NCBI GenBank assembly: GCA_000934665.2
Contig: KZ538323.1
Location: 1-64,000 of the forward strand
Reading direction: 5' to 3'
From: Catajapyx aquilonaris
Taxonomy: Eukaryota
Length of the DNA: 64,000 nt
The notes beneath the pieces are model-generated. The model made no database searches. It was not told where the DNA came from and saw only the letters and a program-made list of their open reading frames with translations. Shown here piece by piece: positions 36,361 to 49,099 of the stretch. The stretch's first letter is position 1. Each line of letters opens with the position of its first letter. The position numbers and the translations under genes were made by a program.

Positions 36361-36931
36361 GCGTCCTTTTTTTTTCTTTACCTGACCACATTACGCCATT
36401 AGCAAAAACCGATTGCATTGAATATGCCAATAACAAATGGTGTCATGTACTTTCTATAGGAAGCATCATTTACTATTTCATGTGTACATGTCACCATCAC
36501 ATCACTTTCGATTATGAAGGTTTGAATATGTTGACTAGTTATGTAATGTACAGGAAGTGTTGTTGTCGCAATTTTTCTTCCTGTACAACATCATATCAGT
36601 TACCTTGAGCTCACCAACAACATTGCATCATCCCAAAACTAGGCTCTATTTTGACCATTGCACATGGCCACCCCACCCATATAAACCTGCTCTCTCTCCA
36701 GCCGACGTCCTGAGTGGGTGGTTGGGATGGAGAGAGAAAGAGAGAGAGAAAAAGGGGGTCCTTGTGACGTAGCTAGTCCAACGCGCAACCGCATGGCTCT
36801 CACCCACCCCCCTTTTTCAATCTAGAGAAGCCATCGAGCCCTGCCTCAACTCAGTTCCAGACCAACCAGCATCCAAGAAGGACACACACCAAAAAAAGAG
36901 TAACCAAGACAACAAAAAAGTGTTAGAAAAG

Positions 36932-39349
36932 ATGACCTCGCTTTTCCGGGCACTCCGGAAGGGCAGCATTGGACACTCCAAGCATCAGAGTGAGTACAAT
37001 TTGACTTGTTTCATTGTCAATCAAACATATAATATGTGGGTGGCAGGTGTGTTGACGTAATGATGTCAATGATATTTTTGTACAGATAACACTGTTTGTG
37101 GTACATGCGATTGTACGCTTCAATTGCAGAACTAATTATTATTGAACAGTACGGCATTGCCATTACTGTAATTAAAGTACAATGCTAATTAACAGGAAAA
37201 CATGTATACCACAAACCACAAAAGCCACATTTTTTTCCTCCATTGCACAATACAATTAGTGCTGCACAATTAGTGTAGTGAACATAGCTACAAAATTTTC
37301 ATCCTAAAAAAATAATCTCCGGGTATGACCTGTCTGTTCGAGTTCAAAAGGTCAGTTGATACCCTTACCCTTTTTGAGAAAAAGGACATACTGTGTATCC
37401 ACACCCACATGTTATAGGGATCAAAGTCCGCCCTTTTTTTGTGTGTGTACTTATGCTGGTTATGCTTGTTGCCAAGGACATAGGGCATAAGATTTTGTTG
37501 TTAGCCAGATTTTATGTCTAGTTAGGTCATAACTCATGTGTGACATGTTACAGACCAATGACGTTTTTTGATGAAGAGGTCATCTGAATTTATCAGAAGG
37601 GGGAGAGAGAAAAAAGGTCGCGACTAATTAGATGAAGGCACCAAGCATAAATTACTGTCTGTTGGCAAAACCTGGTTTTATGTACTGAACAGTGCGCAAT
37701 TCTGCAATATGCAAATCGCTGAATCTAATTAGAGTAGGCTATTGTTTTTGCATTGTTTTGAAACTTGAGCGATTTAGCGAGGCCACTTTTTGCACTCCAC
37801 TTTATAAATATGCAGTGTTTACAATCAGTGCGAAAAAAAATCGCCAACTTTTGAACGCAATAGATTTTGACACTCAAGCAAAAAAATGTATTGAGTGATT
37901 TTTTTGAGTCAATTTTCACTCAATCTTATAGTTATACAGTTGGAGTGATTTCTACCTGATATTTTCGAGTGATTTTGTGAATCAATTTTCACTCAATCTC
38001 ATTACAATTGGAGTGATTTCTACCTGATATTTTCGAGTGATTTTTCGAATCAATTTATACTCAATCTCATTACAATTGGAGTGATTTCTACCTGTTTTTC
38101 TTGAGCGATTTTTCGAATCAATTTTCACTCAATCATATACATCTTTACTTGATATTTTTGAGTTCTATTCACTCTAGTTGAGTGGAATTTTTTTACTTAT
38201 CAATTCTTGTTACAAGCAATGCACGTCCAAAAATTAGACTTGGCCCTATCTCAACTATGAACCCTTCAAGTTACCGCACAGGACATGCACGATATTCAAA
38301 TGTGATACTGACGCAACAACGACATCTCAAAGGTTATACCGAAAATTTGGCACTAGAAGCTCAAGAACATATTTTTTAAAATAGAGAACATATATGTGTA
38401 ACTAGTGCTTCCGTCATTTTGTCCCCAATTTTTTTAAAAAAGTAAATAACCGGTGTTATCACGCGTAGTACTGCTGATATCCAAACTTCTTTTTTTTAAA
38501 TGTCCCAAGGCAAAGTAATTCAATGTTGGAATCATGCCAAAAACTAGGACCAGACATGACCGGTTAGCATTATTCTCACCTGTCTGTGGGTGGGTTAGGA
38601 CCACACTTTTTTTTTTTCGAGCAAGGTTTAAGGAGATCAGGTGGGCGGCCTAGGGCAACCCACGGTCACACGTGGGTTAAATCATCTGGAAATATTGCAA
38701 AAACCAGTACTCTGGAGGTCATCAAAAAATCAGTACTACCAACCAATTGTTTGTAAATTAATTAAATAATAATTATACCACAAGTATCCAGTTGACTGAG
38801 TAAAACCAAGCAGGTTTTACCAGGAAGTAACCACTTCCTATTAATGATGCAATAATTTATGTCACTTTTTCCTGGTGACATTTGCACCATTTGTCCTCAT
38901 GTAAGCGTAAGGTGCAAAATTTATTAATATTTAAAACGGAAAATATGTGCAACAAGGATCATAAATCGTATGATCTGAATTTACAGGCCTCTTGAACCGG
39001 GGTTTAAAGTGCAGCCCGTCATTTCTATGCAAATTCAAACATTGTGGAGGGTTTTTTTTTTTAATGTTTATGACCCTTTCGAAATTGGTCTCCCTTTTTT
39101 TTTTAAAGGCACGCAATTTTAGACCTAAGAAAAGTTTGCACCGTGCCAACTGCCGGATTATTTCCCTGATCTAAAAATAAATTTGTTTGGGTTTTAGTGT
39201 GTTCACGTGTGCACGGCGTGTGTGTACCGGGTGTCCTTTTAAAGCCCAAGGTACTTTTCATCCTTTACTTGCCTTGCTCCCAATTTTTGACTCCTGGCCA
39301 ATAGTCGACACGAGCCAGCCATTTCGTAGGTACCAGTCCTCCATTTTGT

Positions 39350-39435
<86 letters not shown>

Positions 39436-42400
39436 TGGAGGTCTTCAACAACAACAAAAACAAAAAAAGAGCAGTTTGTGCGGTGGGGCGAGTGATGGGT
39501 GCCCCCTCGCATCCTCGCCTCCGAAAAGCCCTTATCGATCAGACTCCGGAGAGAAGCAGCCTCCCGGATTTTAACCCCCCCATCCCGGATATATCCCAGC
39601 ATCCAGGGGAATACCAGCTGAATAGATAAAAAGCCAACCATTGTTGCATCATTTCCCTTACTTTTTTAAAAAAAAAAGTCAGGTTATGACACACCCTGTA
39701 GTAGTAGTTCCTGAATATTGATCCGCTTGAGACTAAGGGAGGAAAATATGCCACACCCAGTTGCTGGCCAATTTTTGGGCGATTGACCATTTTGCAAGCT
39801 AGGCGTCATTATATTGGACAAATATAATTGCATGGGGGGAAAAGGGTTAATCCTATTGAGAGACCGCACCGTTAATTCCTGGTGGTTTTTGAACCCCCTC
39901 GATTCATTAATGGTTTCGCTTAAAAAAAGATTGGTGGAATTTTTTTAGCGTTTAATCAGCAGCAATATCCGGATGCTCGTAAAAGTTGTTGAAATTGATC
40001 TGCAAATAGAGTGATTGGCATGGAGTGTGCTAAAAGAGCATATTCCCTCCAGCAATCACGTGTGCAGCTTCTCTCTCCGCTAATTATTGAACGTGCTAAA
40101 TTATGGGAGACCTGTTGAACTATATGTGTGTACTGGCCGCCGACTAATTGACGATGCGTGTGATTATGTGATGCATTTTTCATGCGCGTTATTATCGTTG
40201 TTGTGTGTTGTTGCTGTTGTTACAGAGCTGTCTGAAGACTGGGCTCTGAACAAGGAGCCTGTGATTGATGGAGTCACGTTTTACGTCAAATACCTGGGCA
40301 GCACTCTGGTTGACGAGAGCAAAGAGGAAGCCACAACAGAGGCCATCAAAACAGTCATTAGCATGGTTAGTTGGAACCCGCCTACAGGGTGCTCCTATTA
40401 TTCAAATAGCCCCTGTCAGCAATAATCCTACGTTGGGACATATTGGGTGGAATTTCACGACTGCTATAGTTATACTGCTAACTTAGCAGTAACAATGCCG
40501 GGGATGGTTACTACTATAAGCACCACTAAGTTAGCAAGTAACTAGCAGTGAGACGAAAATTAGGCCGGAGCCAAGAATTTAACCTAATATTAGCAACTAT
40601 CATTGCTTCTAATGTCAGCTATTATACTGTAGCTAATGTCAGCTATTATTGTAGTTAATAGCAGATATTATGGGTAACTGATAATTGGTAGGTGATATTG
40701 TAACTAATCATTGTTGTTATATTAGAAACTATTATTTCAGCTAATATTAGAAACCACTATTTCAGCTAATATTAGAAACCACTATTTCAGGTAACATTAA
40801 AAAAACAAGATTTCAGATAATAGCAGCTATTATTGTCGACTATAATGTCAGCTATTATGGGTAACTGATATATTGGAGCTAATGTAACTAATTATGATAG
40901 CTAATATTGTAACTTAATAGGAGCTAATATGTTTGGAAATTTTATTTCAACTAATATTAGTAGTTTATTTCAGCTAATATTAGTAACTATTATTTCAGCT
41001 AATAGCAGCTATTATTGTAGAATCTAACATTATCAGCTCTTACGGGTAGCTGATATTGGTAGCTAATGTAACTAATTATGGAAGCTAATATTGTAACTAA
41101 TTATGATAGCTAATATCAGTAACTATTATTTGAGCTAGTATTGTAACTATTATTTGAGCTAGTATTGTAACTAATTATGATAGCTAGTATTGTAACTAAT
41201 TATGATAGCTAGTATTGTAACTAATTATGATAGCTAGTATTGTAACTAATGTAGTAGCTAATGTTAGGAAATATTATTTGAGCTAATATTATCAACCATT
41301 ATTTGAGCTAATATTAGCAACTATTATTCCAGCTATATTATGTAAGAAACCATTATTTCAGCTATTAGCAAATTATTGTAGATTATACCGGTATTATATC
41401 AGCTATTGTGAGTAACTGATATTAGTAGCTGATGTTAATAGTCGTTAAGGTGTTAGTTATGAACTGATTAAATATTCATTGCCAACCATTACGGACACTT
41501 TTAAGTGGGTCCGACTGTGGGAGAATTGACGACAACAATATGTATGTATTGTTTGTATTGTTGCAGGCAAAGGCCAGCGGAAAGAAGCTGCAGAGGGTTG
41601 GATTGACGGTCAGCTTGAGGGGAATCAAAATGGTGGACATGACCACCGACGAGACCTACCTGGAGTCATCCATATACAGGTATTGTTTATTTGCAACAGC
41701 AGACGAACGACCGCATGTAATACGTGTGTGAACCCATTTTCCGTGTGGCTTGGGTTTTTTTTTTAAAAAAATTATTTTTATCGCGTGAGTCGACCCCCAT
41801 CACCCCCTCGAGGCGTTGTTCGAGCGGAAACAAATTGAAATGGACGTTCCATTCACACGGAAAAGGGCAGGGCTAGGAAGGAAAAGGGGGGAAATAGAGG
41901 AAATCTGATTTTCCGTCTCTCTCTCTCTTAAGGAAATCGATGGGGACAGACTATATAGTTGACGCCCTTTGATGGAAGGAAATGTTGCGCAGAACTATGG
42001 AAAAAAAATGTGCCCACTTCATTATAATTATAGACACGATTTTTGGCCCATCCACTGAAAGTTGAATGGTTCATCTCTGGTTTTCCAGCTGGAGTTGCTC
42101 TAATACCGCTTTGTAATTAGAGGCGTTGCCATCAAAGGAGCACACAGTTCGCTAATTTCCTCCAAGGACTCTGGAATTCTCAGAGACGTTCAATCTCACC
42201 GGTAATTAAACGCTAAATTATTACCTGAGGTTTGGGTTAATATTCTGGTGCAACTCCGTCCAAACAGACGATGAAACATACTGCGTGGTTCCCAATTTTC
42301 TGTCCAATCACTTCCAGAGTCACCATTTTAGGTGAAGCACAAGGTTTATCTTGATATAAACTTTTTTTTTCCTTGCAGGATATCCAATTGCTTTGTGGAG

Positions 42401-43422
42401 GCCAGTTACAGCCACGTGTTTTCCTTCATCGCAACAAACAATAACGAGACGATGGAGTGCCACTGCTTCCTCTGCCCAAAGAAGAAGATGGTGAGTGTCA
42501 TTTCAAGGTGATCTCCATAGTATGTGGGTAGTGAGATATGCCTATAAACATTGCATATAGTATTGCAACAGTTAAAAACACTTAAGCTATTATATATTAA
42601 TTATGTTGATTTTTACCTGAAGGCCCAAGCTGCAACACTGACCATTGCGCAGTCATTCAAAGTCGCATACGAGTGTTGGCAAGTAGAAAATGGAGATGAT
42701 CAATCTTCCAGCATCCCTGCAAGAAAACCAGACAAGTCAGGTAAGGGCACAAGACATAAAATCTGTAGGGGGTCAAACTTTAAAATTCTGTACTAATTTC
42801 AGAAGCAGTTCAGAGGTGCGATGACGAGAAGGGTACTTCAGATACGGCCATACTCATAAATTTTGCAATGGACTGTGAAGCTCCTTCCAGCAATGAAAAG
42901 TCATGGGTATGTCGACTCCCTATTTATTTTTTTATTTATTTTTACGAGTGCGTGGGTGTCTTTTAGTTCCGCCCAATTTGAGACTTAATGAAGTAGGATG
43001 TTCGGTCAGGCTGACAGAATCGGTTTTTTTGTGAGCAGTTAGGATTTCATTTTACGAGCTGGAGATCAAGGATGCTGCACACAGAGGTGTAAAAAGACCA
43101 TTCATAAATGATGATTGAATTTTTTTTTTTTCAACAGGTATGCTTTGAGGATAACGACCTGGAGAATCTCAACAACTCTTTTTCACAGTAAGTATATGAT
43201 TCCTCTTTTTATGGAAATTTTGTTTAAATTTTTCCACATTTTAAAGTGAAACCATCCGCATGTGTACTAATACACTCTGTTTACAGCTCTGAAGAAAATG
43301 CTTCACAATTTTTCTTGGACTTTGAGGACCTGCAGCACAACCCTGACCGTCGACGCAGCTCAGCTTTCGACGAAGAAGCTTACAGTGAGCGACAACCAAT
43401 CATCGATCTCCTGTGTGCGTGA
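36932..43422 (+). CDS. LDLRAP1: LDL receptor adaptor protein 1 (ARH)-like PTB-domain clathrin adaptor, ~276 aa; exons 36932-36989, 40226-40365, 41567-41679, 42379-42490, 42623-42740, 42803-42906, 43138-43187, 43287-43422
   Basis: KLSEDW...[10 protein letters not shown]...[20 protein letters not shown]...SIYRIS...[33 protein letters not shown] closely follows the ARH PTB domain. All introns are GT-AG and in frame. The first and last three exons are less certain. Confidence 0.88.
37893..38170. repeat. Minisatellite, ~62-bp unit, about 4.5 copies (intronic)
   Basis: gagtgattttt.gaatcaattttcactcaatctcattacaattggagtgatttctacctgatattttc repeated. Confidence 0.9.
39353..39432. repeat. (AT)n microsatellite
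   Basis: Directly visible. Confidence 0.97.
40580..41450. repeat. Degenerate AT-rich minisatellite (agctaatatt / aactattatt units)
   Basis: Dozens of short agcta/aacta-anchored units, with near-perfect 25-bp repeats at ~41140-41250. Confidence 0.9.
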
Positions 43423-45314
43423 TGAACTTGACGACAAAAAAAACAAACTCTCCTAATTTTTAGTCTATATTCCTAAACTTTGTGCTGAATGAGGGATCCA
43501 CTTAACATGCGGTTTCCTCCGTCCCTAAGTGTATTATGGTGTAGTTGTACATGTTTTATCACTACTGACTACCATTTTTCTGTTGCAATATCCCACAACA
43601 AGGGCAGAGTTTCAAAAAAAATATATATTGAATTTATTGTTGGAGGATTGCTAAGTAAACGCTTTAAAAAAAAAAATCACTAGTTAATAGTTGAATTCAC
43701 GTGATGTTGAGCAATGCAACAAAAAAATATCCTTGCATAAGAAATGGATAAAAATAATGGTGCAGGTGTGAATAATAAATATGTGACCTTGTTGATATCA
43801 GGACAGGATATTTTATAGCTTCAGTTTTCGTATTGTTAAGACTTTAAATTGCTAGTGCCAATCTCAATGCTGTAAATATTTGTTAGCTGAATTTAGCTTG
43901 ATTAAGTTATATGCATTATTGTAGTACTATATTATTTTGTACAGAGTTGTTGTACAGCAGCCATTTTCATTCATAACTGTAGCGTGTGCATTTCAGTTTA
44001 TTTAACTTTGAACAAAAGGCTGTCAGTTCATTCATTTGTCTTCAAGCAATATTTTGTTACATACGTACATAGATCTTTTGCGAAGGAGTATATCTGTGCA
44101 GAGTTTAGTAATTTAAGCATATGTAGTTGCAATTTTACCTTTAATGAAAGGTTTGCATCCAAAGCCATAGTGGAAGCGATTGGAAGTCGTATTTATTTTT
44201 TGTGACAAAATACTATTGCATGTTGGCAAAAACTATTCAGAATATTATGGTGTTTTTGGTCTGTTATGAGGAATGGGAAGCTTTCTTAAAGCGTGATGGG
44301 ATCAAATTTTTTTCTTATATGATTTCTACTATAACTTGATTTTTTTTTTCTTCCACTGACGCAGCAGATAAAACAGAATCACTGTAAATAGATCAGTAAA
44401 AAAGCGCTGTTGCATAGAGCATATTTTCACCAAAACTGTGACTGACTTTTTTATGTTTGTATTTGTTGGTAAAAAAATAACTCTTTTGATTTACTCGATG
44501 TTTGTCAATGTTGGTATGTATATTAAGTTTTTTTTTGCAATGCATAATAATGCACTAGTACATAATATGCTTTACTGTGAAGCACTCTTTTTGTTTACTT
44601 GAACGCATTTCTTATAGATAAACCAAACAGTTACCAAACAGAAATACATGTTTACTATAATGATGGTTATACGCTGCATTTAAATATTTTTTTCTGATAT
44701 CCTGCGTTGAACCTAACATTTGTTCCAATATTCCTTGTTGCATAAATCCAACTTTAGCACACCTTTCCCCTTGCCATGACCTTTAGATCATCTTAGCAGA
44801 TTGCTGCAGTATGCAAGTAGTTATATAACAAGGCAAGTCCCGAAAAATCACCTGTCCTAACGGGGGGCCCATTAAGCCACACCCTGCCATGTCTGATAAC
44901 TGGAAAGGGTCAAGGTCACTTGGGCAAAGTCAGCCCCGGTAGATTTATATCCGGTTAGGAAATGACGAATTGCACACGATTTGTCGCCGAATTTGTCTTT
45001 GGGCACAGGAAACTTAGCGAACTTACCAGTACCTGACAGTGACAGCCTCATTTACAAAAAAAATTTGTTCTTAATTATTATTGTAAGATTAGGGTTTATT
45101 TATGGTAAAGTCAGTAGTAAGCTGGTAATAAACACACATTGCCGCAGAGTGGTCCAACCAGTGACTTATTGGTGATAGGTGACTCATGTGACTGGTGTGA
45201 CAGGCCGAGATGATTGGACATATGACTGGCGATGATTTCATGAGTGACTGGGTCTCATGCTGCCAGCAGTCTGTCGTCTGAAACCGACATTGTTGTGCAT
45301 AACCAAAGACTGTC

Positions 45315-46585
45315 ATGTTGTTGCAAGATTTGCTTGAAGGCGCTCAGAAAAGGAGGTAAGTTAATTGCAAACCATATTTGCACAAACTCACATACTGTAG
45401 TACTTGGCAAAACAGCAATGTACAGGGTGTGTTCCTTTTTTTGCTGCCTGCCTGGACAGACTCGTATCATTCCAGTTTATTTCCAGACGCGACACTACGA
45501 TTCCGGCTTCCTTCTCCAGTCTGCCCCCCGAGGTCAAGCTGAAGATCTTGGCCTACCTGTCCCCGAGTGACCGTCTCCTGAGAGCATCCCTGGTCTGCTC
45601 AGAGTGGAAGACACTCTGTGAGGATCCCCATCTGTGGAAGGAGGACCTGACCATCACCCGGATCTTTGTGTCCCATAATGATGGAACCCTGTTCCGGATA
45701 CTGACCAAGTTCCCCTTGCTGAAGAAATTGGTGTTCTTCTACTTGGCCAGAAGTGACAATCCCGGACTGGACATTTGTCACGGAGGTCTGGAAGTGACAG
45801 AGACGGTCGTGGTTCAAAGCAGTGATGCAGTCTCTACCAGATTTGCTAGTGGAAAAAGCAGTATCCGTCTCCAAGAGATGACCCACTGGGAAGGTAACAC
45901 TGTCCAAGTGTACGGACTAGGACTTGCTTCTGATCACCTGGACATCAGTGTTCCTCGCTTCTTCGATTCCAACGTCTATCTATTCGCTGATAGCCGAATC
46001 TGCTCAACGGACTCTGAGGTACAAATGTTGTTGAGTGTCTTGGACAAGAGGTATATTAAAGGCGTGGTAGCTTACGGGATGCTGCAGGATCACTCCTACG
46101 ATCTGCTGGCAGGCTGCTGTAACATGGTGAGTGTTGAGCTGTGTTTGTCTCAAGAGGGAATATCAGAGAGGAACCTGGTGAATGGGTTAGGAGCACTCAG
46201 GAACCTGACGTATCTCACATTGTCTTTTGACTCTTGTGATTCAAGCCCAAGTTCTGAAGCATTCCAGGCCTTCTTTTCCGGACCTGTCTTTCCGAACCTT
46301 CTTACCCTTTCAATAACGAAAGCTCCAGGGTTGGACGACACCTGTTCAAGTCTGATTGTGTCCAGCTGCCCCTCCCTACGTGATCTGTACCTTAATCACA
46401 CAAATGTGACTGCCATCGGCTTACGAACCATAGTCAGTGGGTGCGACAATCTGAAAAAAGTGTACGTCAAGCCACTATGCGACGAGCAAAATTTTCCATC
46501 GGACATACTGATGATCTCTCTGATGCGACCAAACCTTGTCGTTGTCTTCTGGTACCGTGGCAGGCATGAATCTGTTATAATCTGA
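45315..46585 (+). CDS. F-box/LRR-repeat protein, paralog 1, ~379 aa; exons 45315-45355, 45487-46585
   Basis: F-box FSSLPPEVKLKILAYLSPSDRLLRASLVCSEWKTLCEDPHLW and C-terminal LRRs (CPSLRDLYLNHTNVTAIGLRTIVSGCDNLKKV). The upstream exon MLLQDLLEGAQKR splices in frame (GTAAGT / ttccAG). AATAAA at 46621. Confidence 0.88.
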
Positions 46586-47493
46586 CATTTGTTAAGAAAA
46601 GGGACACACAGCTAGTAGAAAATAAATGTTCATCCTCATTCAACTGATGTGTTTATTTCCTAAACCCATACTTATGTGGGAGCCATTTGGAAGGGGTCTA
46701 ATTGTCCACCATATTTCGGGGATGGAAGGGGCGGAGCTGGAACGAGAGATTTTGGGCAACCAGGCAACCAGTGAATTGGTCACACAAGTTGAGGAAGGCT
46801 AGGACGAGAAGGATCGTTTTTAAAACCCCCTAGTTGCTTGTTTGGACCTGCTTTTGCATTTGGAAGGATCCCCACTCAGCAATTAGACGTCCCAGTGCCT
46901 CGTCCAGTGGTGTCCAGCAGAGGACTGTCCTGTGAAAGCGTACACTTCATCTATGTGTACGGAAGGTAATTATTATTATTTATCTGTTGGAAAAGTTGAC
47001 TGAAGGCGGTCAAATGCAGCTGGAGGGTGTGCCCAGCAGGAAATGCAGCCATAGTAGTTAACCAGGAGCCGTGTTTGATAGTGGATACTACAGTTAATGA
47101 ATTATTGGAAAATATTTTTAATCCATGATGTAGGGCAATAATTACAATAATTTTCCAAGTTTAAATTGGACGCAGTTCAAATCCTGAAATAATATTTATC
47201 CTAAATTTGCATGGTATTGGCAGTATGATCAATATTTTTGAGCGATAAATACAGTATTATCATAATGAGTAGAAATTTTTATGCAATATTTGAAATTTTG
47301 TGCCTATAATACGTGTCACCCTTCAGCAACACGGTTGGAAGGCGAAATCTTTTATGAACTCATTTCTTGAGCTCCCCACTTTGACGAATTAAAAGTCATT
47401 TTGACAAATGGTTGTCATTGGATGGGCCTGTTTCTCCCAATGTCACCAACCTGATTACATGGGTTACATTTCTATCTCCAGGAAGGAATTACG

Positions 47494-48540
47494 ATGCAGC
47501 CAGCTACCTTCTCCGACCTGCCCTCCGAGCTGAAGCTGAAGATCTTCAGGTACCTGTCCATTAGAGACCTTCTTCTGGGAGCAGCCCTGGTCTGCCAGGA
47601 ATGGAAGGCACTTGCTGAGGATCCCCATCTGTGGAAGGAGGACCTGACCATCAACCGCATCTTTGCTGATGCTGATGGAACCTTGTCTCGGATCCTGACC
47701 AAGTTCTTCTTGATGAAGAAGTTGGTGTTCTTCTACTTGACAGGATGTGGTGACGAACCCATATTTAATGTGGGTGGTCTGCTGGAGATGGTGTCGAAGC
47801 TGAGTCTGAGAAGCCGTGTGGAAGTCACGACAAGCTGTAAGGTAGTTGGAGATTTTCTTGTCAAAGAGATCACCCGCTGGACCTGCTCCCATCCAGGAGG
47901 GATCACCACCAACGTGTACGGTCTAGGTGTTAGTGTTACCCCTAAGTTTGTTTCCAAATCGTTGCGAAACTTTATGCAACGTTTTAGACCTCCCATCATA
48001 GACTGCTTCAGAATCAATGGAAACAGTGGAGGATCTGGCTCATATGACTCTGAGATACAGGCATTGTTGACTGTTCTTGACCCGAAGCACTTCAGTCAGG
48101 TAAATACATATGGTGTGTGGGAAGATCGCTCGTTTGAACTGATGGCAGGTTGCAAGAACATACAGATTCTCGAACTGAATGTTTACCCCTGTGGAATATC
48201 GGAGCCAAATCTGCTGAATGTTGTTGGAGGGTTCAACAACCTGGCGGAGCTGGTTCTAGCATTTGAAAACTTGGATGATCTGAAGGGTATGGCGGCAAGT
48301 CCCAGTACTGAAACCTTCAAAGAATTTTTCGCAGAACTGAGGTTTCCGGTTCTGACGAATCTCGAAATCGTGCATGCTCCAGGGTTGGACGACAACTGCG
48401 CGGGTCTTATACCATCTTGCTGCCCCTCCCTGCGAGAGCTCTTCCTTACTCTGACCAATGTGACAGTCATCGGCGCAGGAAAGATCGTGGCTGAATGTGA
48501 CAATCTGCATACTTTGTGCATTGCAACTCTCAGTCAGTGA
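47494..48540 (+). CDS. F-box/LRR-repeat protein, paralog 2, 348 aa, C-terminally truncated
   Basis: F-box FSDLPSELKLKIFRYLSIRDLLLGAALVCQEWKALAEDPHLW. Shares EDPHLWKEDLTI and APGLDD...CPSLR with paralog 1. Acceptor ctccAG just upstream; AATAAA near 48892. Confidence 0.85.
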   Translation: MQPATFSDLPSELKLKIFRYLSIRDLLLGAALVCQEWKALAEDPHLWKEDLTINRIFADADGTLSRILTKFFLMKKLVFFYLTGCGDEPIFNVGGLLEMVSKLSLRSRVEVTTSCKVVGDFLVKEITRWTCSHPGGITTNVYGLGVSVTPKFVSKSLRNFMQRFRPPIIDCFRINGNSGGSGSYDSEIQALLTVLDPKHFSQVNTYGVWEDRSFELMAGCKNIQILELNVYPCGISEPNLLNVVGGFNNLAELVLAFENLDDLKGMAASPSTETFKEFFAELRFPVLTNLEIVHAPGLDDNCAGLIPSCCPSLRELFLTLTNVTVIGAGKIVAECDNLHTLCIATLSQ

Positions 48541-49099
48541 TGATCAACTTTCCCCATCCGGACTCACTGATGATCTTGTAGATGCGAGAAAACCTATAGT
48601 GATTACCAGTCTGTACAATCATGGGATATCTAATTGTTTGTAATGGGGTGGTGTTGATGGAGCAATTTTAATTTCAAACCTCCAATGAAATCCCTATCCC
48701 CACTTTCCTAAAATTAATTATTGCCATTGCTGAACATTCACAGCACATTGCACATTTTTAGTTGCATTATTTATTTATTTAGATTAGGATGTGTTTGAAC
48801 ATTTATTCGGATGATCTGGAATTTTTATTGGAATGTAATAAACATTATTTAATATGAATAACTGGTTTTCCTTTCCGGCTGCAGACAATACAATAAAGAG
48901 TGAATTTTTTCAGGTTAAAATCATCCTCATTTTCAACTGATGCCTTGATTTCCTTTTCCCCCACCATAATCCCAGCCATATCCCACTGTTTCCCCGGGAA
49001 TATGTATCCATGGAAACATTGTTGTCTTTCGTACATTTTAGGATATAAAAATTAATTTGTGTCAACCAAAGAGGGGGGTAAGCTTTTCAAGAACACAGC

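Noticed and set aside
35853..36608. 251-aa hydrophobic ORF
   Set aside because: It arises from the T-rich tandem repeat, has a non-ATG start and shows no recognisable domain.
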